Assembly: GCA_965261385.1 (NCBI GenBank)
Contig: CBDHDB010000002.1
Coordinates: forward strand, 1,989,091-2,053,090
DNA from: Dehalococcoidia bacterium
GTDB lineage: Bacteria; Chloroflexota; Dehalococcoidia; Lucifugimonadales; Australimonadaceae
DNA length: 64,000 nucleotides
Reading direction: 5' to 3'
The stretch's first letter is position 1; the number at the start of each line of letters is the position of its first letter. Below the pieces are notes generated by a model that was not told the DNA's origin, did not search any database, and worked only from the letters and a program-made list of their open reading frames with translations. Both the position numbers and the translations under genes were made by a program. Below are positions 25,889-35,598 of the stretch, piece by piece.

Positions 25889-26010
25889 ACCTGTCCGCAA
25901 CTTCATCGCCCGTCCGCCACAGGGTGAAAAGCTGACCAGTCGTGTTTTCGTTACGAGTAAAAAGCTGACCGGTTGCACATTTCCTTACGAGTAAAAACCC
26001 TACCGAAAAA
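25889..26010 (-). repeat. Array of about 33-nt periodic direct repeats related to 1096-1232 (minus-strand orientation)
   Basis: Minus-strand units are GGTAGGGTTTTTACTCGTAAGGAAA.., GGTCAGCTTTTTACTCGTAACGAAAAC.. and GGTCAGCTTTTCACCCT. Unit 5' ends (plus-strand coordinates) fall at 26004, 25970 and 25937 (spacings 34 and 33). Confidence 0.75.
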
Positions 26011-26094
26011 CAGGGAACGATCAGGTTTTCGGGGGGCGTTTTCATGGCCATGGCCTGCTTCGCGGGTCTGGGGAAGAAGTTGATCGCTCAGATG

Positions 26095-26350
26095 ATTTTG
26101 TAGATGCATGCCCCCCTCCTCGATCCTCCCCCCCAGACCCCCTCCTCAATCCTCCCCCCCAGACGGGAGAGGAGGCCGGAGCAGACCGGAGAGGCGGGAA
26201 CGAGGTCCGGCGCCGGTGGATGGGATAGGCATGTCGATATTCCGACACTGTATTGTAAGGCGTTCGGGGGCGTTGGGGAAGGGGCAAATGTCGCGGCGTC
26301 CCCGCGACGCGCGTTCCGCACAGGTCTCGGTCTGCGGGGAGACCGCACAC
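26095..26350. repeat. Degenerate mosaic repeat locus
   Basis: Tandem CCCTCCTC(G/A)ATCCTCCCCCCCAGA, then gacgggagaggagg, a GGCGGGAAC half-hairpin and GGTCTCGGTCTGCGGGGAGACC. Confidence 0.6.
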
Positions 26351-26365
26351 GGAGGGCTGAAGCGG

Positions 26366-27478
26366 TTAGAGGACCTCTTCCAGAGTCACGTCGAAGGTTA
26401 GGTAGATTGCTGAGCGGACCACTGTCACCCGGACGGCGTCTCCGACTTTGTAGTCGGTGAGGAGGAGGCGGACGAGCTCCGTAGTGGTGGTGACGGGGGT
26501 GTCGTCGATCTGGACGATGATATCGTCGACCTCTATGCCGGCCCTTTCAGCCGGGCCGTCCGGGGCGAGGGAAACAACGATGATGCCCTCGTTGACAGAG
26601 AGCCCGCGCTCAATGGAAAAGGCGTGAGTCACGTCTTGGATGACGACGCCCATACGCGGGCGGATGACGCGCCCGTTCTCGATAAGCTGGGCTGAGACAG
26701 GTATGGCGGTCTCCATACTGATGGCGAATCCAATGCCGTCGGCCTGCTGGCCGCGAATGATGGCCGTGTTGATCCCGATGACCTCGCCCTGCAGGTTGAG
26801 GAGGGGCCCACCGCTGTTTCCGGGGTTGATGACGGCGTCGGTCTGGAGGAGGTCGTCCAACCGTGTGTTGCTGTCGATGCTGAGGGAACGTCCCTTGGCG
26901 CTCACGACGCCGACGGTTACGGAGCCCTCGAAACCGAGGGGACTGCCGATGGCGATGACCCACTCGCCGGGGCGCATGGCCCCGGTCCTCCCCAAGGGGG
27001 CTATGACCAAGTAGTCAATCTCCGTCGGGTCAGCCTTGAGGACGGCGAGGTCGGTGTCCGGGTCGGCGCCGACGACCTCCACGGGGACGTGTTGGCGGTT
27101 CGAGAGCACAACCTCGATCGCTGTTGCGTCTTCGACAACATGGCTGTTGGTGAGGACGTAGCCCCGTGCGTCGAAGAAGACGCCGGAACCCTGTGAGGCC
27201 CCCTGGCTCTCCTGGCCGAAGATATTGGTCTGCTCCACCGTTGCAATGACTTGAACGACCGCGGGGCTCACCTGCTCCACGACAGATGCGACGTCGGGGA
27301 AGAAGCCGAACAGCGGAGCTTGGTGCTCGGAGGTTGGAGCATTGAGCTGGGCGGCGTTGGGAGTCTGGGTGGAGACAGAGGTAGGAGTGGGAGTGGGCGC
27401 GGCGGAACTGGCGCACGCAGCGGTAAAGGCCGCGAGGGCAGCGAGGACGAGGAGCGCTCGGGGGGCGGGTCTGCGCAT
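26366..27478 (-). CDS. HtrA/DegP-family serine protease with PDZ domain
   Basis: Catalytic motifs TNSHVV, DLAVLK and GNSGGPLL, with a C-terminal PDZ. Probable start MRRPAPRALLVLAALAAFTAAC (signal/lipobox) at 27478. The ORF-track start at 27544 is possible. Confidence 0.85.
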   Translation of the reverse strand: MRRPAPRALLVLAALAAFTAACASSAAPTPTPTSVSTQTPNAAQLNAPTSEHQAPLFGFFPDVASVVEQVSPAVVQVIATVEQTNIFGQESQGASQGSGVFFDARGYVLTNSHVVEDATAIEVVLSNRQHVPVEVVGADPDTDLAVLKADPTEIDYLVIAPLGRTGAMRPGEWVIAIGSPLGFEGSVTVGVVSAKGRSLSIDSNTRLDDLLQTDAVINPGNSGGPLLNLQGEVIGINTAIIRGQQADGIGFAISMETAIPVSAQLIENGRVIRPRMGVVIQDVTHAFSIERGLSVNEGIIVVSLAPDGPAERAGIEVDDIIVQIDDTPVTTTTELVRLLLTDYKVGDAVRVTVVRSAIYLTFDVTLEEVL

Positions 27479-27578
27479 GGCGAGATTCAGAAGGGTTGCT
27501 CTCCTATTGGATGGCCCGGATGCCGGAAACGGTCTACGTATCACGCAGGGAAATCACCGGCGGGGATGGGCCGGGGAG

Positions 27579-28304
27579 TCAGGCGTCGGTGATCTGACGA
27601 ATCGCCTCTTTCTGAATCTGCGCGAGCTCATTGATGCCGGCTTCCGCCAGAGCGAGCATCTCGTCGAACGCCTGCCGGGAGAAGGGGTGGTCCTCGCCGG
27701 TGCCCTGCACCTCGACGAACTCGCCCGCGTCGGTCATGACAACGTTCATATCGACGGCAGCCTTGAAGTCTTCGTCGTAGCAGAGGTCGAGCATGGCCTC
27801 CTTGGCCACGAGGCCGACGCTGGTGGCGGCGACGGAGCCGGCGAGGGGGACCCGGTGTAGGACCTTGCGTCGAACGAGGCCAAGGAGGGCCTGGTAGAGG
27901 GCGACGTAGGCGCCGGTGACGGAGGCCGTCCGGGTGCCGCCGTCGGCCTGGAGCACGTCGCAGTCAATGTTGATGGTGCGCTCGCCGAGCTTGTCGAGCT
28001 GGGCGACAGCGCGGAGCGAGCGCCCGATGAGACGCTGTATCTCGTGGGTGCGTCCGCTGGTGGAGCTTCGCTCGCGGGACGTGCGAGAAAGGGTCGAGCG
28101 GGGCAGCATCCCGTACTCGGCGGTCACCCATCCACGGCCCTGGCCGCGCAAGAAGGGAGGCACCCTCTCCTCGATGCTGGCGGCGCAGATAACCTTCGTC
28201 AGACCCGTCTCGATGAGCACGGAGCCTTCGGCAAATTCCTGGTAGCCGACGGTGATCTTGGTCGGGCGGAGCTGGCTGTTGTGTCTGCCGTCGATGCGCG
28301 CCAA
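27579..28304 (-). CDS. rph: Ribonuclease PH
   Basis: [69 protein letters not shown]. Confidence 0.95.
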   Translation of the reverse strand: MARIDGRHNSQLRPTKITVGYQEFAEGSVLIETGLTKVICAASIEERVPPFLRGQGRGWVTAEYGMLPRSTLSRTSRERSSTSGRTHEIQRLIGRSLRAVAQLDKLGERTINIDCDVLQADGGTRTASVTGAYVALYQALLGLVRRKVLHRVPLAGSVAATSVGLVAKEAMLDLCYDEDFKAAVDMNVVMTDAGEFVEVQGTGEDHPFSRQAFDEMLALAEAGINELAQIQKEAIRQITDA

Positions 28305-28346
28305 TAGGAGCCTCTTAGGTATGGATGAGTCCAGTATATCAACGGA

Positions 28347-28447
28347 GGCAGGCCCATTCGTGGAGAGGCTTCACGGTTGAGGCGCCGCCCGCCCAATCCC
28401 TCCCTCGCCGCGGCCCAGGACAGGAGTGAGAGAGCGCCCCCCAGACG
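28347..28447 (+). repeat. Copy 1 of a roughly 100-bp direct repeat
   Basis: GGCAGGCCCATTCGTGGAGAGGCTTCACGGTTGAGGCGCCGCCCGCCCAATCCCTC.. About 80% identical to 30632-30730. Confidence 0.8.
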
Positions 28448-28554
28448 CTTCCAAGCGCACTCCGGAACAAGGCGGTCCCTACCGCACTCCTCGTGCTCGG
28501 AGAGGTTGGTCCCCGTCTGCCAACGCCGCGGTAGCGGGGTAGTCCGTTGCGAAG

Positions 28555-29001
28555 TTACGCAATCGATAGCAGCATCGTCCACGATCCCCCCGTCTCTCCC
28601 ACAATCTTGAACCCAAGCCTTTCGTAGAGCCGGCGGGCTGGATTGTCGGAAGACACACTGAGGCTGAGCATCCTATGTCCGCTCGTTGCCGCGCTACCGA
28701 TCAACGCTTGTAGTAGCTGCGTCCCGATGCCTTGCGCCCGCTTGTCGGCGTGGACAGCAATTGACAATTCGGGAATCGAAGAGTCGACGAAGCCGTAGCC
28801 AGGGCTCTCCTCTGGAAACAGGCGATACCAAGCGGCCCCGATCGGCGAGTCCTGTTCGTCGATGGCTATGACACCAAGATCACCCGGTCTGCCCCAGTCG
28901 ACGACGTAGCGCAGCGTCTCTCCAGGGACCGACTCGTTCAGCGGGTCAGGACCGGCCTGCCAGTAGGCTGCAACCAAGAGCATGCGTTCCACGAACGGCA
29001 T
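28555..29001 (-). CDS. GNAT-family N-acetyltransferase
   Basis: ..ELSIAVHADKRAQGIGTQLLQALIGSAATSGHRMLSLSVSSDNPARRLYERLGFKIV. Confidence 0.8.
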   Translation of the reverse strand: MPFVERMLLVAAYWQAGPDPLNESVPGETLRYVVDWGRPGDLGVIAIDEQDSPIGAAWYRLFPEESPGYGFVDSSIPELSIAVHADKRAQGIGTQLLQALIGSAATSGHRMLSLSVSSDNPARRLYERLGFKIVGETGGSWTMLLSIA

Positions 29002-29132
29002 GTCTGCGTGGGCGAGTTATCGTATGGTCGCCACGCGGCTACCTTGGGGACTCGTTCTACGAGCGGTGATCGCCTTGGGCCAACCACCTCCGCTGCTCAC
29101 GGAGTCTTCGAGCTAGAACCCGCTTCGCGGCG

Positions 29133-29594
29133 TTACTCGCGTGAGTCGCCCTGCCGCTTCTCCTGGTACTCGAAGACGTTGATCCCCTTCTCCTGCTGTT
29201 GCGCCAGGATCGGCGTGAAGTTCAGCCGCTCTTGCTTGGCGCCCGGCACGCTGCCCGTGATGTGCATGATCTCGAGCTTCTCGTCGCCCATGCTCTCGAA
29301 CCAGTACTTCACGCCGTGCGGGATCAGCACGCCCTCGTGCTTGCCGAGCTCGCACGCCACCGACTCCACGTCGTCGTAGAACCGGGCGCGGCCCTCGAGC
29401 ACGAACCAGATGCCGTCGGTGCCAGGGTGCGCATGGAGGTTGGTCTCGCCACCGTGCTGCACTGCCTGCACGCTCGCTCCTACAACGTCAGTCCTTGCCA
29501 GCCCGATGCTGCCCTTCCCGCGGTGCTGGTCGATGTCGGGTGTCTCGTACCTGAACGGCTGTAGCTTATGCTCGACCTTGACCTGCTGCGCCAT
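29133..29594 (-). CDS. Cupin-domain protein
   Basis: GETNLHAHPGTDGIWFVLEGRARFY...GVLIPHGVKYWFES. Confidence 0.7.
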   Translation of the reverse strand: MAQQVKVEHKLQPFRYETPDIDQHRGKGSIGLARTDVVGASVQAVQHGGETNLHAHPGTDGIWFVLEGRARFYDDVESVACELGKHEGVLIPHGVKYWFESMGDEKLEIMHITGSVPGAKQERLNFTPILAQQQEKGINVFEYQEKRQGDSRE

Positions 29595-29789
29595 CGGTCA
29601 CCTCGCACGGTCGTTGTTGTGCCATCGAACCTACTCGCGCGCGCGCCGCTCGTCAATCGCCAGTCCCTGGTCCTGCGCGTTTGCACGCCCTCTGACCGGA
29701 CCACCGCCGCCACCTTGACGTGGCCCCGCACGCCGCCTAGCCTCGCCCCACACCCGCACGGAACGTGCGCACGGGACGAAGGAGGGACG

Positions 29790-30578
29790 ATGGCTGAGGA
29801 GCGGACCCTCGACAGCGGTATGCGACTGTGGACCGCGCGCCCCGACTCGCCCGGCAGGCGCCCGGCGGTCATCATGCTCCACGAGCGGTACGGCCCCGTC
29901 CAGTTCAGCTTCGATGCCGTGGACCGCATGGCCCAGGAGGGTTTCGTGGCCTGCGTCCCCGACATGTTCCACCGCTACGACGGCGACCGGGCGCCCATCG
30001 AGGCCGCCCAGGCGCGGGTGGACCCGACAGACGCCGAGGCGCTAGCTGACCTCGACGAGACCATCGCCTATCTGCGCACGCTGCCGGACGTTGACGGCGA
30101 CCGCATCGGCATTGCCGGGTTCTGCCTCAGCGGGCGCACACCCATCGTCTACGCAGCGTCACGCGACGACGTGGCGGCTATCGCCGTGTTCCACGGGGGC
30201 ATCTACCCACGCGACTACGTGCCGATCCACCCCGGCCAGCAGACGGTTGCGGAGCTGATTCCGAAGCTGACGTGCCCCGTGCTCGGCGGGTTTGGCGAGC
30301 TGGACCCGGCAGTGCCGCTCGACCACATCCAGCGTTTCCGGAGCGAGCTGGAGCAGCACGACAAGAGCTATACGATCCGCATCTACGCGGGCGCCCCCCA
30401 CGGGTGGATGAACGCGACGATCCCGGCCCGCTACCGGCCTGAGCAGTCCGAGGCGGCGTGGTCCGAGCTCATCGGCTTCTTCCGGCAGGTCGTTGGGGGT
30501 GAGTGGCAGTCGGACCGCGCCGTTTGGCGGTTCGAGTCCGACCGCTCGCTCGTCGACGCACCCGGCGGAGGACACTAG
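29790..30578 (+). CDS. Dienelactone hydrolase-family protein
   Basis: ATG at 29790 after GGAGGG. PAVIMLHERYG.., GIAGFCLSGR (Cys nucleophile elbow), ..YAGAPHGW. The ORF-track start at 29568 is rejected because it overlaps the cupin gene. Confidence 0.75.
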   Translation: MAEERTLDSGMRLWTARPDSPGRRPAVIMLHERYGPVQFSFDAVDRMAQEGFVACVPDMFHRYDGDRAPIEAAQARVDPTDAEALADLDETIAYLRTLPDVDGDRIGIAGFCLSGRTPIVYAASRDDVAAIAVFHGGIYPRDYVPIHPGQQTVAELIPKLTCPVLGGFGELDPAVPLDHIQRFRSELEQHDKSYTIRIYAGAPHGWMNATIPARYRPEQSEAAWSELIGFFRQVVGGEWQSDRAVWRFESDRSLVDAPGGGH

Positions 30579-30631
30579 GGGGACGCCTCCGCTGACTCCG
30601 GTACGAGGCCCAGCACTCTCTCTTCGATGCC

Positions 30632-30730
30632 GGCAGGCCCATTCGTGGAGAGGGTTTCGCGGTTGAGGCGCCGCCCGCCTAATCCCTCTCGGCTGCGGGC
30701 AGGACAGAAATGGGTAAGCGCCCCTAGACG
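30632..30730 (+). repeat. Copy 2 of the roughly 100-bp direct repeat
   Basis: GGCAGGCCCATTCGTGGAGAGGGTTTCGCGGTTGAGGCGCCGCCCGCCTAATCCCTC.. The 3' end overlaps the stop codon of 30724..31143. Confidence 0.8.
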
Positions 30731-31143
30731 TTATGCCCTACGATGCGCGACGGGCGGAGCGTAACCGCCACCCGCCTCTGCTCCAGCATCGCCCGGTCGT
30801 ACTCGTCCCAGTCCTCATGCTGGCCGCCCGCTGCTTGGAAGACCTCCCGCAGCTTGAGGCGCAGCGCCTCCGCGTCCAAGTTGTGCGCCCCCAGCACCTC
30901 CGCCTCGCCGTCCAGCACCGCGAACGTTCGCCGGTCCGGGCTCACCAGCATCATCGCGCACCGCGGGTCTCTCGCCAGGTTGTAGGCCTTGGCGTTGCGC
31001 GAACGCGTCGTAAACGCGAGGCCGCCGTTCAGCTCGCCCACCGTCACCAAGCTCTGCTGCGGCATCCCGTCGCGCCGGTACGTCGTGAACACGACCACCC
31101 TGCTCTGGCCCAGCAGCCCTTTAAGGTCATCGAGTGATGGCAT
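30724..31143 (-). CDS. PPOX-class (pyridoxamine 5'-phosphate oxidase-like) probable F420-dependent enzyme
   Basis: VVVFTTYRRDGMPQQSLVTVGELNGGLAFTTRSRNAKAYNLARDPRCAMMLV. Confidence 0.65.
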   Translation of the reverse strand: MPSLDDLKGLLGQSRVVVFTTYRRDGMPQQSLVTVGELNGGLAFTTRSRNAKAYNLARDPRCAMMLVSPDRRTFAVLDGEAEVLGAHNLDAEALRLKLREVFQAAGGQHEDWDEYDRAMLEQRRVAVTLRPSRIVGHNV

Positions 31144-31278
31144 TGTCTGCTCCGATATCGTAGTGCTGTTGACGTTAGCCGCGCCTGCGGCGGCCTGTCA
31201 AAGCAGCCCCGGTTTCCCCTCCGCCCCACCCTGCACTACCATGCGCCTGCGCGGCCCCAACTGGCCGCTGGAGATCTC

Positions 31279-32583
31279 TTGGCCTCTCTCCCACCGACCG
31301 GCCGCGCCCAGCGGCAGCCCCGCGTGTTCTTCGGCTGGTACATTGTCGCGGGCAGCATCCTGACGAACTCCATCCTCTCAGCGGCCTACTTCCAAGGACT
31401 CAACGCCTTCATCCTGCCCATCGAGTCCCACTTCGGATGGAACCGCGCCGTCATCGGCGGCGCCATGTCGCTCCGCCAGCTCGAGTCTGGCTTCATCAGT
31501 CCCCTCGTCGGCTTCATGCTGGACAAGATCAGCGCGCGCACTCTCCTCTTCTGGTGCGCCATCATCACCGGGGCCGGGCTGATCCTGCTTGGCCGCATGA
31601 ACGGCGTCGTCACCTTCTATCTCGCGATCTTCCTCATCTCCATCGGCGCGTCCGGCATGAGCCATGCCGTCACCTGGCCCGTGGTCATCGCGCGGTGGTT
31701 CCGGCGCAAGCGCGGCCTCGCGACGGGCTTCGCGGTGATGGGCCCCATCTTCGGCTCGCCATTCGTCATACTCAACACCTCCCTCGAAGACACCTTCGGC
31801 TGGCGGAACATCCTCGTCGCCTACGGCATAATCGTCCTCGTCCTCCTCACCCTCCTCAGCGCCGTGGCCCGCGAACGCCCCGAGGACTACGGCCTTCGTC
31901 CCGACGGCGACCCCCCTGAGGAAGGCGAGGAAAACGTCTCGGGGCGCCCCGCTTGGCGCACCGAGCACGGCATGCTCCTGCGCCAAGCCGTACGGACCAA
32001 GGAGTTCTGGCTCTTCACCGCCTATCTCTCGGGCATGTTCATGGTCAACTCCGCGTTCCAAGTCCACCAGATCCCCTATTTCGTGCAAGACGTGGGCCTC
32101 AGCCCAGAAGCCGCCGCCGTTACCTTCACCCTCGTCTTCACCCTCAGCGGCATTGGACGCATCGGGGCCGGCTACATGCTCGACAAGGCCGACTACCGCA
32201 TGGTGCTCGCCGTCGTGGCAGGGATGATGGCGCTCTCCTTTGCCTACCTCCAGGTCGTAACCGTAACCTCCGTCGCCATGACCCTGCCCTTCGTCGTCCT
32301 GTTCGGAGTTGGGTTCGGCTGCATCATTCCCACGCGCGGGACCTTAGGAAGCCTCATGTTCGGCACGCGCTCCCTCGGCTCGATCATTGGACTGCTCCAG
32401 GGAGGCTCGGTGGCGGCGGGCGTCGTGGGGCCGCTCTTCATGGCCGCCATCTTCGTTGTGAACGGCAACTACTCCGTCTCCATCTGGGTGATGGTCGCCG
32501 TCTGCGCCCTCATGGCGCCGCTGTCCTTCTCCATGAGCTCCCCCAGGGCCCTCCGCGCCCGCCTCAGCGCGCTCTCGCCCTAG
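31279..32583 (+). CDS. MFS transporter
   Basis: 12 TM segments. 434 aa. Confidence 0.75.
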   Translation: MASLPPTGRAQRQPRVFFGWYIVAGSILTNSILSAAYFQGLNAFILPIESHFGWNRAVIGGAMSLRQLESGFISPLVGFMLDKISARTLLFWCAIITGAGLILLGRMNGVVTFYLAIFLISIGASGMSHAVTWPVVIARWFRRKRGLATGFAVMGPIFGSPFVILNTSLEDTFGWRNILVAYGIIVLVLLTLLSAVARERPEDYGLRPDGDPPEEGEENVSGRPAWRTEHGMLLRQAVRTKEFWLFTAYLSGMFMVNSAFQVHQIPYFVQDVGLSPEAAAVTFTLVFTLSGIGRIGAGYMLDKADYRMVLAVVAGMMALSFAYLQVVTVTSVAMTLPFVVLFGVGFGCIIPTRGTLGSLMFGTRSLGSIIGLLQGGSVAAGVVGPLFMAAIFVVNGNYSVSIWVMVAVCALMAPLSFSMSSPRALRARLSALSP

Positions 32584-32661
32584 AATGCGGACGTACTCCT
32601 CCCGGCCCGCCCCACGAACGGGGGGAGGAAGACCCGCAACACCAGGAAAAGGCCCGCCGCT

Positions 32662-33039
32662 ATGGATTGGCGCAACGCTTACCGAACAGCCCTGACTCTC
32701 CTGGCGCTCGTCTCGTTGGCGGGCGGCGTGTGGCTGATCGTATCTCCCGGACCCAGCCCCGGCGTCGAAATCACACGCCCCGCGCCCACCGCGACAGCGC
32801 TCGCCGCGCCCGAGTCCGCCGCGTCGGAGCCCGAACAGACCGAGCTGACCGACCTCAACACGGCGACCGCCTCCGAGCTGACGGCCCTCCCGGGCATCGG
32901 CGAAGTGCTGGCGGCGCGCATCGTGGAGCACCGGAACGCGAACGGCCCCTTCGTGCGCCTCGACCAGCTGATGGCTATCCAGGGCATCGGGCCCATCACC
33001 TACGAGCGCATCCGGCCCCTCGTTCGGCTGGGGACGTAG
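32662..33039 (+). CDS. comEA: ComEA-family helix-hairpin-helix DNA-binding protein
   Basis: N-terminal TM segment, then LNTATASELTALPGIGEVLAARIVEHRNANGPFVRLDQLMAIQGIGPITYERI. Confidence 0.85.
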   Translation: MDWRNAYRTALTLLALVSLAGGVWLIVSPGPSPGVEITRPAPTATALAAPESAASEPEQTELTDLNTATASELTALPGIGEVLAARIVEHRNANGPFVRLDQLMAIQGIGPITYERIRPLVRLGT

Positions 33040-33043
33040 CGCC

Positions 33044-35530
33044 GTGCCCCTTGCCTGGCTGGCGCTCGGATATTCTCTGGGACTGTTTGCGGGCGGACTG
33101 TTTGCGGGCGCCGGAGCGGACATATCCCTTGCCGCCGCCGCGCTCCTGGCGTTGGCCCTCGGGGCCGCCTACTTGCGGTCGCGCACCGCCGGTCTGCGCG
33201 TGGGGATCGCCGCCCTCTTCCTCGCCGGAGGACTCCTCGGCATCGTGCGCTCCGGCCCGGGACCGGCCGTCGTTCAGGACGATAGCAACGCGCTGCTCGG
33301 GACGACCGTCACGGCGCGCGCGGTGGTCGACGGCGTCCCGGAGGCCGCGGGGCGCTCGCTGCGTCTGCGGGCCGACCTCGTGGAGCGCCGGACGCCGAAC
33401 GGCTGGGCGCCCGCGGAAGGCGCCGTCATCGTCTGGGCCGACGCCGGAGTCACGCCCGTGGAGGACCGTAGCTACCCCTACATCCGCCACGGCGACACCG
33501 TGACGCTCCGGGGGACTGTCCGCCCACCGGAGCGCATTGGCCCGTTCGATTACCCGGAACACCTGGCCGCCCAGGGAATCGGGGCGGTCGTTAGTCCTGC
33601 CCACTTCCTGGAGATATCGCCGGGAGGTCGGAATACCGCTGCTTCGGTCCACGAGCTCCGGTCGCGGCTCGCGGCGTCGCTCGAACGCCACATGCCCGAG
33701 CCGGCCGCATCTCTCGCCTCCGCCATGCTGTTCGGGCTCCGTTCGGGCGTGCCCACCGGCGTGTCCGACGCCTTCCGCGACGCGGGCCTCGCCCATCTGC
33801 TGGCGATATCGGGCATGCACGTCGGCATCGTCCTCGCGATTTCGATGCTGGTTTCGCGGGCGCTCCTGGGAAGGCGGCGCGGCCTCTATCTCATCGCCCC
33901 GCTCCTTCTCATGTGGGCGTACGTGCTCCTCGCGGGCGCGCCGCCGTCCGCCGTCCGCGCCGGACTGATGGCGTCCGCGTTCCTGCTGGCCCTCGCCTCC
34001 GGACGGATGCCCGCAGCCGTCAACGCCCTCGGCCTCGCCGCCCTCGTCCTGCTGCTCATCGAGCCGCGCTCGTTGTGGGACCGCTCATTCCAACTCAGCT
34101 TTACCTCCATGGCCGGCGTCCTCTTCATCGGCCTCCTTGCCCGCGCCTGGACCGCTGAGCGGGTCGCGGGCCTGGGGGAGCGGCTGCCAAAGCAGGCGGC
34201 CTGGGCAATCTCCGCCGCGCTGTCGGGGCTCGCCGTTTCCCTCGGCGCCTTCCTCGGTTCCGCGCCCCTCGTCGCCTTCAACTTCGGGAGCGTCCCGCTC
34301 CTCGGCGCTCCGGCGACATTGCTGGCCCTGGTCGTCATGCCGCTGTTCCTCGCCGGCGCCGGACTGACGGCGGCCGCCGGACTCTTCCTGCCGCCGCTCG
34401 CATACGCGACCGGGGGCGTCACGTGGCCGTTCGGCGCCTTCCTGACGGTGCTGGCGGAGGTCGTGGCGGCGGCCCCCGGCGGACGCATCTCCATCGACGG
34501 CCTGAGCGCCGCCTGGGTCTGGAGCGTCTACGCGCTCGCCGCTGTTGTCGCGGCCTTCCTTGGCCGGCGCGTCTGGGCGTCCGCGGCGGTCCACGCCGCG
34601 AGGGCCGTCTGGCATGGCCCCGCGAGCCGCGTCGAAGCCGCCCTCGCAGTCGGGGGCCTGCTCGTCCTGGCCGCCGCTCCTTGGGCGTTCGTCGCCACAG
34701 CAGGCGACGGCCTGCTCCACGTCGACGTCCTCGACGTCGGCCAAGGAGATGCCATCCTAATCACCTCGCCGACGGGCGGGACAACGCTGATCGACGGCGG
34801 GCCCGACCCCCGCGCGGCCATCGAGCAGGTGGACGACCTGCTGCCCCTCGGCAAACTCCGCATCGACCTGGCGGTCCTGACCCATCCCCACGCCGACCAC
34901 ATGAACGGCCTGCTCGAGCTTGCGCGGCGTGGACGGCTCGACCGCGTCATCGCGCCGCCTCCCTCCCCGTCCGCCTCCTCATCCCCATCCACCTCCTCAT
35001 CCCCACCCACCGGATACGCGGACGCCTGGGCCGCCGAGCTGGACTCCCTCGGCCGCGCGCCGGTGGAAGCGGTCCGCGGCATGACCGTCAGCCTGACGGA
35101 CGGCGTGCTGATCGAGCTCCTCAACCCCCCGGCGCCCGCCCTGACCGGCACCTCCTCGGACGTCAACAACAACGGCGTTGCGGCGCGCGTCATCTACGGC
35201 GAGGCGTCGGCGTTGTTCATGGCCGACCTCTTCGTCGAGAGCGAGCTCTCCCTGCTCGACGCAGGCCTCGACCTCTCGGCCGACATCCTGAAGCTCGGTC
35301 ACCACGGGAGCCGCACGTCGACCTCCCCGGAGTTGCTGAACGCGGTCGGACCGGTCGCCGCCGTCGTCTCCGTCGCAGCGGAGAGCCCCTTCGGCCATCC
35401 TTCGCCGGAGGTGGTGGAGCGGGTGTCCGAAAAAATCGGCCCAGACCGGCTCTTTTCGACCGCGGAGAACGGCCGCGTCCGCTTCTCGACGGACGGCGTC
35501 CGGTGGTGGGTCTCGACCGAGCGCGATTGA
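33044..35530 (+). CDS. comEC: ComEC/Rec2 DNA internalisation protein with C-terminal metallo-beta-lactamase domain
   Basis: Polytopic competence domain (..GLAHLLAISGMHVGIV..). MBL motif VLDVGQGDAILI..LTHPHADH..LKLGHHGS. Confidence 0.9.
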   Translation: MPLAWLALGYSLGLFAGGLFAGAGADISLAAAALLALALGAAYLRSRTAGLRVGIAALFLAGGLLGIVRSGPGPAVVQDDSNALLGTTVTARAVVDGVPEAAGRSLRLRADLVERRTPNGWAPAEGAVIVWADAGVTPVEDRSYPYIRHGDTVTLRGTVRPPERIGPFDYPEHLAAQGIGAVVSPAHFLEISPGGRNTAASVHELRSRLAASLERHMPEPAASLASAMLFGLRSGVPTGVSDAFRDAGLAHLLAISGMHVGIVLAISMLVSRALLGRRRGLYLIAPLLLMWAYVLLAGAPPSAVRAGLMASAFLLALASGRMPAAVNALGLAALVLLLIEPRSLWDRSFQLSFTSMAGVLFIGLLARAWTAERVAGLGERLPKQAAWAISAALSGLAVSLGAFLGSAPLVAFNFGSVPLLGAPATLLALVVMPLFLAGAGLTAAAGLFLPPLAYATGGVTWPFGAFLTVLAEVVAAAPGGRISIDGLSAAWVWSVYALAAVVAAFLGRRVWASAAVHAARAVWHGPASRVEAALAVGGLLVLAAAPWAFVATAGDGLLHVDVLDVGQGDAILITSPTGGTTLIDGGPDPRAAIEQVDDLLPLGKLRIDLAVLTHPHADHMNGLLELARRGRLDRVIAPPPSPSASSSPSTSSSPPTGYADAWAAELDSLGRAPVEAVRGMTVSLTDGVLIELLNPPAPALTGTSSDVNNNGVAARVIYGEASALFMADLFVESELSLLDAGLDLSADILKLGHHGSRTSTSPELLNAVGPVAAVVSVAAESPFGHPSPEVVERVSEKIGPDRLFSTAENGRVRFSTDGVRWWVSTERD

Positions 35531-35598
35531 CACTTACCAAGGCTGCTGACGATAATCGTCAGACTTAAGTCCGGCGGAGAGCCGGTCCAAGGAGCGCC

